The position numbers and the translations under genes were made by a program. A stretch of 63,747 nt of DNA, counting the filler, from Globobulimina sp. (lineage: Eukaryota), in the NCBI GenBank assembly GCA_003354225.1. It is 28 parts of 28 records of this genome, joined end to end, with 100 filler letters (N's around TTAATTAATTAA, not from the genome) between each part and the next. Parts side by side here need not be neighbours in the genome. Positions count along the whole stretch, not along the records: positions 59,292 to 61,469 come from PIVH01008396.1; positions 61,570 to 63,747 come from PIVH01008397.1; 26 more parts are not named here. One strand, given 5' to 3'. The notes under the pieces were generated by a model, which was given only the letters and a program-made list of their open reading frames with translations, was not told the DNA's origin and did no database searches. Below, piece after piece: positions 59,748 to 63,747 of the stretch; the first letter of the stretch is position 1; every line of letters begins with the position of its first letter.

Positions 59748-61469
59748 ATGTATGACGACATAATACATTTAGCGATGGATCAACAACTCTTAACCGAGAT
59801 ACGAGAGCGCGATTCCAATTATAAAAAATTACCATTATGGCGGGAATTGCAAAAAAACGAATCAACGGCAGAACTCGAACAGCAATTGTCTGAAGACGGC
59901 TTATTGAACTTCGAGACCGTCTTCCATGAGCCGGTGGGTTACCATTTAATGCAATCTTTCTTACAAACCGAGCACTCAGTGGACAAAGCCGTATTCATTG
60001 CCGACGTCGAGATCTATAAAACCTTGCAAGATCCCCGAGCGCGCGAGAACGTATCGCGCAAAATCTATGAACGGTTCTGTGCGCCCGAAGAGAAGGCCAC
60101 TACGCGCAGCAAAGGCATGTCTGTCTTTCGCCGCAAAGAAGAAGAAGACCTCAAAGGTACCCATACCTATATACACCACGCAAATTCGCAACGCCTCAAA
60201 TATAACACGCAAAAAAGGCGCGGGCGCCTCTCACAAACCACCCGTTCCCAGCAAGGCCCGCAATAACACGGCCACCGCCACCAAAGGCGCAGAGGAAGAG
60301 CAACAGTTAAAAGACGACAGCGGCGACGACCTGGACGACCCATCCAAGTACGAACTGTCATTATTGACAGAGAACACAAACAGCATTGGCGTGTATGGCC
60401 GACCTATTCGCAAATTAAAGCAAAAGCTATCCGTAGCGGGCTCGCCGGAGAACAACATCTTTGACGAGATCGCCGCCGAGGTCTATAACGACCTCCGTTT
60501 GGACGTTTTCCCTCGTTTCTGCCGCTCCCATTTGTACGAAATGTACTTACGCTGCAAAACCATCGAGTTGGCCACCATCACCGTGCGCGACTTCCACCAA
60601 ATGCGCATGTTAGGCCGCGGCGCGTTTGGCTGCGTCAATGCGTGCAAGAAGAAGGACACCGGCAAGTTGTACGCGATGAAGCAGATCAACAAAAAGCGAG
60701 TGTCGGCCACGGAGTCGTGCGACACTATCATGTCGGAACGCAACTTCCTGGCGGATATGGACAGCGTCTTTGTGACCACGCTCAAGTATGCCTTCATGGA
60801 CGACGTGACTCTGTACTTGATCTTGGATTTGATGATCGGCGGCGATTTGAAGTTCCATTTGAATAACGATAAGACGTTCAGCGAGGATCGCAGTCGTTTT
60901 TACGCCGCCGAGGTGCTGTTGGGATTGGAACATATCCACAGCAAAGGCATTATTTAGCGCGACTTGAAGTTGGAGAATGTGTTGGTGGACGAACGCGGAC
61001 ATTGCAAGATCAGCGACTTGGGATTGGCGGTGCGAATGTCTGGCGACCCCGTCAAGGGCTATGCCGGTACGCCGGGCTACACTGCGCCGGAGGTGGTGCT
61101 GTCGCATTATTACGACCATATTGTGGACTTCTTCAGTTTGGGCGTGATGATCTATAGGTTTTTGTGCGGAAAGAAACCGTTTCAGTCCAAGCGGAGACAT
61201 GGCCGCCGCCATGGGGAGAATCGCGCGGATAATCAGCGACGGCGCACCACGGAGTTGGACCGCAATGTGGTTGAGATGGAGCCGGATTTCCCCAGTCAGT
61301 ATTTTGTGCCGCAGGCAAAGTCTATTTTGAAGGGATTGTTATGTAAGAACCCCAAGAAACGGATGGGCTTTTCCGGGATTAATGAGATTAAACAGCATCC
61401 GTGGTTTGACAGCATTGACTTTGGACTGTTGGAGGCCGGGTATTTGGACCCGCCGTTTGTGCCGAGTCT
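59748..61469 (+). CDS. GRK: G protein-coupled receptor kinase-like (RGS domain + AGC kinase), intron about 60157-60217, in-frame TAG at 60955-60957, 3'-truncated
   Basis: RGS: FETVFHEPVGYHLMQSFL...KIYERF...FPRFCRS. Kinase: DFHQMRMLGRGAFGCV...DTGKLYAMK...LDLMIGGDLKFHL...FYAAEVLLGLEHIH...II*RDLKLENVL...ISDLGLA...GTPGY.APEV. DLG is GRK-typical. Confidence 0.9.
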
Positions 61470-62969
61470 NNNNNNNNNNNNNNNNNNNNNNNNNNNNNNN
61501 NNNNNNNNNNNNNTTAATTAATTAANNNNNNNNNNNNNNNNNNNNNNNNNNNNNNNNNNNNNNNNNNNNGTGGTTACCGTCTCGGAACGTAACGCTTGAG
61601 GATTGACCGGTGGTGATTGTAGTGGCTGTTGATGTTGAGACTCCGGCGGTGTTGGAGCTCTTTGAGGTTGTCGTCTGATCTGCGGACGTAGATGTAGAGA
61701 AAGTTGTTTGTTCTTCTTTAGGCCACGATGACATTATACATTAAAATAAGGGGATTGATGATTGTTCCCTTCTAGACCGCGATAAAGGTTGGTCTTGTTA
61801 GTACACCGTTCTCAAACCATTTTTTCTTCCAACTGAATATAAAAGTGAGATACCGATTAGACAATAAAAAACTAGTTATGCCGCTACAAACTGTTAACAA
61901 AAAACAATCCGTCCTATGCAAATTTCTATATAATGGGCCACAACTAAAGTACTACATTTAGGCGACTACTAAACTGCTCACCTACTTTACAATACAATAT
62001 TATTGTCACATACATTACATGTTTGCTGATCTGTTCGATAATAGCATTCTTTTGACTCTCAGTCCATGGATTGTGCACACCTTGCAAGCGCAAACTTTCT
62101 AGAAGACGTTCAGATTGACGCCGATTCTCAACGGCTTCACGGTTGTCAATGACATTATCACTCATTTTTCGACTATTTCTATTTCACCGATCTACAATTT
62201 TAACTGCATTTACAATTTAGTATGTATTTGAAGTAAGGAATTTGGACATTAGACATTAAGGTACTGAAGTCATGGAAATACCACACAGCAGTAAACAACG
62301 CAAACAGTTCATATCAGAATTTATTATCACAACTTGCTAACTATTTAGCTTAACGTATCAAGTATCATTAACATAAATCTTTTCACTTATTCTAATCCAC
62401 AAACTATATAATCAGCGCCAGAATATTACTGTAGAGCTAGTCTCTACGCTCAGCGGGAACACAATTAATAAATCCAATCATATGTATATGTGCATTGCAA
62501 AAATGAACAAAGTAGACAGGAACAACTTTACTAATTAATTTTAGTTAGTTAGCAGATATAATTTGCATCATATGGATCATTACCAGACTGATTCAACAGA
62601 TTCTTCACCAGACGAACCGACTTCAACTTCACCGACTTCTTCAACAGATTCTTCTTCTTGTACCTATAATTAATGATATAATTATGTCATACTCATATTG
62701 TCAACGCCGAAACCAGTCTTTAGGCGAAACACTTATTCCCAGGTAAAAGCGTCATTTGGCGTTTCGGCACAATATATCCTATCCTATATTATAACAAAAG
62801 GACACTCCCAGGTAAAAGCGTCATTTAGGCTTTCAGCAGACCAGCGCAATCTACCAAACATATGGAATATAAACACATTATAACAAACAACAATAAATCA
62901 TTTATTCGTTATTTACATACTGTACATTTATATTATCATTATTTATTGTAAAAGGAGAAAAATTCTAAT

Positions 62970-63520
62970 AAAATCAATATGTGAAGGGTCATAAACTGTA
63001 TATAGGCGAAGAAGTCGGTTTCGAGTTATACTAGCTTCTCATTGCTTGTACTTACTGCATGTGGTGACACCAACGACACATTTCGCCAATCATGAACAAT
63101 TTCAACGGGCTCAAGACAGGCAAACTCATGAGGGATCTGTACATGAGGACCAAATCGTCCGAAGATCTAAAAATAATAATAATACAAATGAATTCACACA
63201 CTGAATGTTGTTAAGTACATCAGTGGTCAATGGAATTTTGTGATGGAAATGACCCAAAGCATACGATCTCTTGTACGACGGATCAGAATCTTCAGTTGGT
63301 ACCTTAAATATACTAAAATAATTTATATCAATAGCAGAGAAAGCTATAACTTACCGGATGTAATTCTGGGTCATGTTCTATGAAATATTTATGTTCCGTT
63401 CCATCCATCCAGATGTCAGCATATAGCTTTCTTTTCTTTTCAGACCATAGACCCTCACCGTCCCTTCTGGCTTCATTTAACTTTTCGTTATTATGGAAAC
63501 AGCAAGAACACTAAAAATGA
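62970..63520 (-). CDS. Possible short coding exons of an unidentified multi-exon gene
   Basis: Higher-GC blocks bounded by GT/AG (e.g. ...ELHP|gtaagt, ag|VPTEDSDPSYKRSYALGHFHHK, ag|IFGRFGPHVQIPHEF). No family recognised. Confidence 0.3.
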
Positions 63521-63747
63521 GCTTACATGTACAGTATGTACGTTATGATTACAGTATGTAATCTTATGGGGTAAGGATAATAAGGATATGGTATTGCTAT
63601 ATGTATTGTATTTCATAGTGATGATAATGTACAGTATACCATAATTATCTATGTATTTTAAGAATGTATTTCCATAACACTAGAACTGTGGATCAATTAA
63701 TAAATAGACCTCACCGGTCGCGGTGAAAGCGGATGATCAACTTGTCC

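Noticed and set aside
60610-61212. 200-aa minus-strand ORF and similar antisense ORFs (5338-6090, 48463-49089, 49345-49968, 57181-57684)
   Set aside because: They are shadows of well-supported genes on the opposite strand.
2183-61569. Regularly spaced TTAATTAATTAA palindromes resembling a repeat array or CRISPR
   Set aside because: They are artificial six-frame-stop linkers inside N runs. The LIN/XXX ends in the ORF track come from them.
62704-62838. gccgaaac...gtttcggc stem and duplicated tcccaggtaaaagcgtcattt as a hammerhead ribozyme
   Set aside because: GAAAC...GTC is present, but I could not find a CUGANGA core on either strand. It is only a local repeat and hairpin.

Overview
This window is not one locus. 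It is 28 unrelated contigs of about 2.18 kb (lengths fall from 2182 to 2178 bp, so they are size-sorted), joined by an artificial 100-nt spacer (N44-TTAATTAATTAA-N44). Gene neighbourhood only means something within a contig. Most contigs come from an AT-rich, gene-dense microbial eukaryote with short GT-AG introns (about 49-82 nt) and very short intergenic spacers. The gene families suggest a foraminifer (Rhizaria), which is an inference. Recognisable genes: SLC35F5-like transporter, Ku80 N-terminus, MCM7 C-terminus, TBP, ER-type DnaJ, NADAR, STE-like kinase, UFD1-TRAF-ZnF-NZF protein, mitochondrial carrier, phosphatidylserine decarboxylase, G-alpha, GH43, ARMC9, sulfotransferase-like protein, Argonaute/PIWI, two vWA proteins, epsin/ENTH, an NRK-like kinase tail and a GRK. 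The most interesting items are: (1) a DIRS/Ngaro-type retrotransposon whose tyrosine recombinase is in frame with RNase H behind a single UAG, lacks a suitably placed AUG, and is followed by a long hairpin; (2) a divergent PIWI/Argonaute with altered MID and PAZ motifs; (3) a complete 1.13-kb TIR element with a 5-bp TSD; (4) an in-frame TAG at the conserved Tyr of the GRK catalytic loop; (5) a degenerate phosphagen kinase with a large insertion; (6) an ART-like domain gene; (7) a bacterial acsD fragment fused chimerically to G-alpha. All calls come from motif recognition by eye; no database searches were run.
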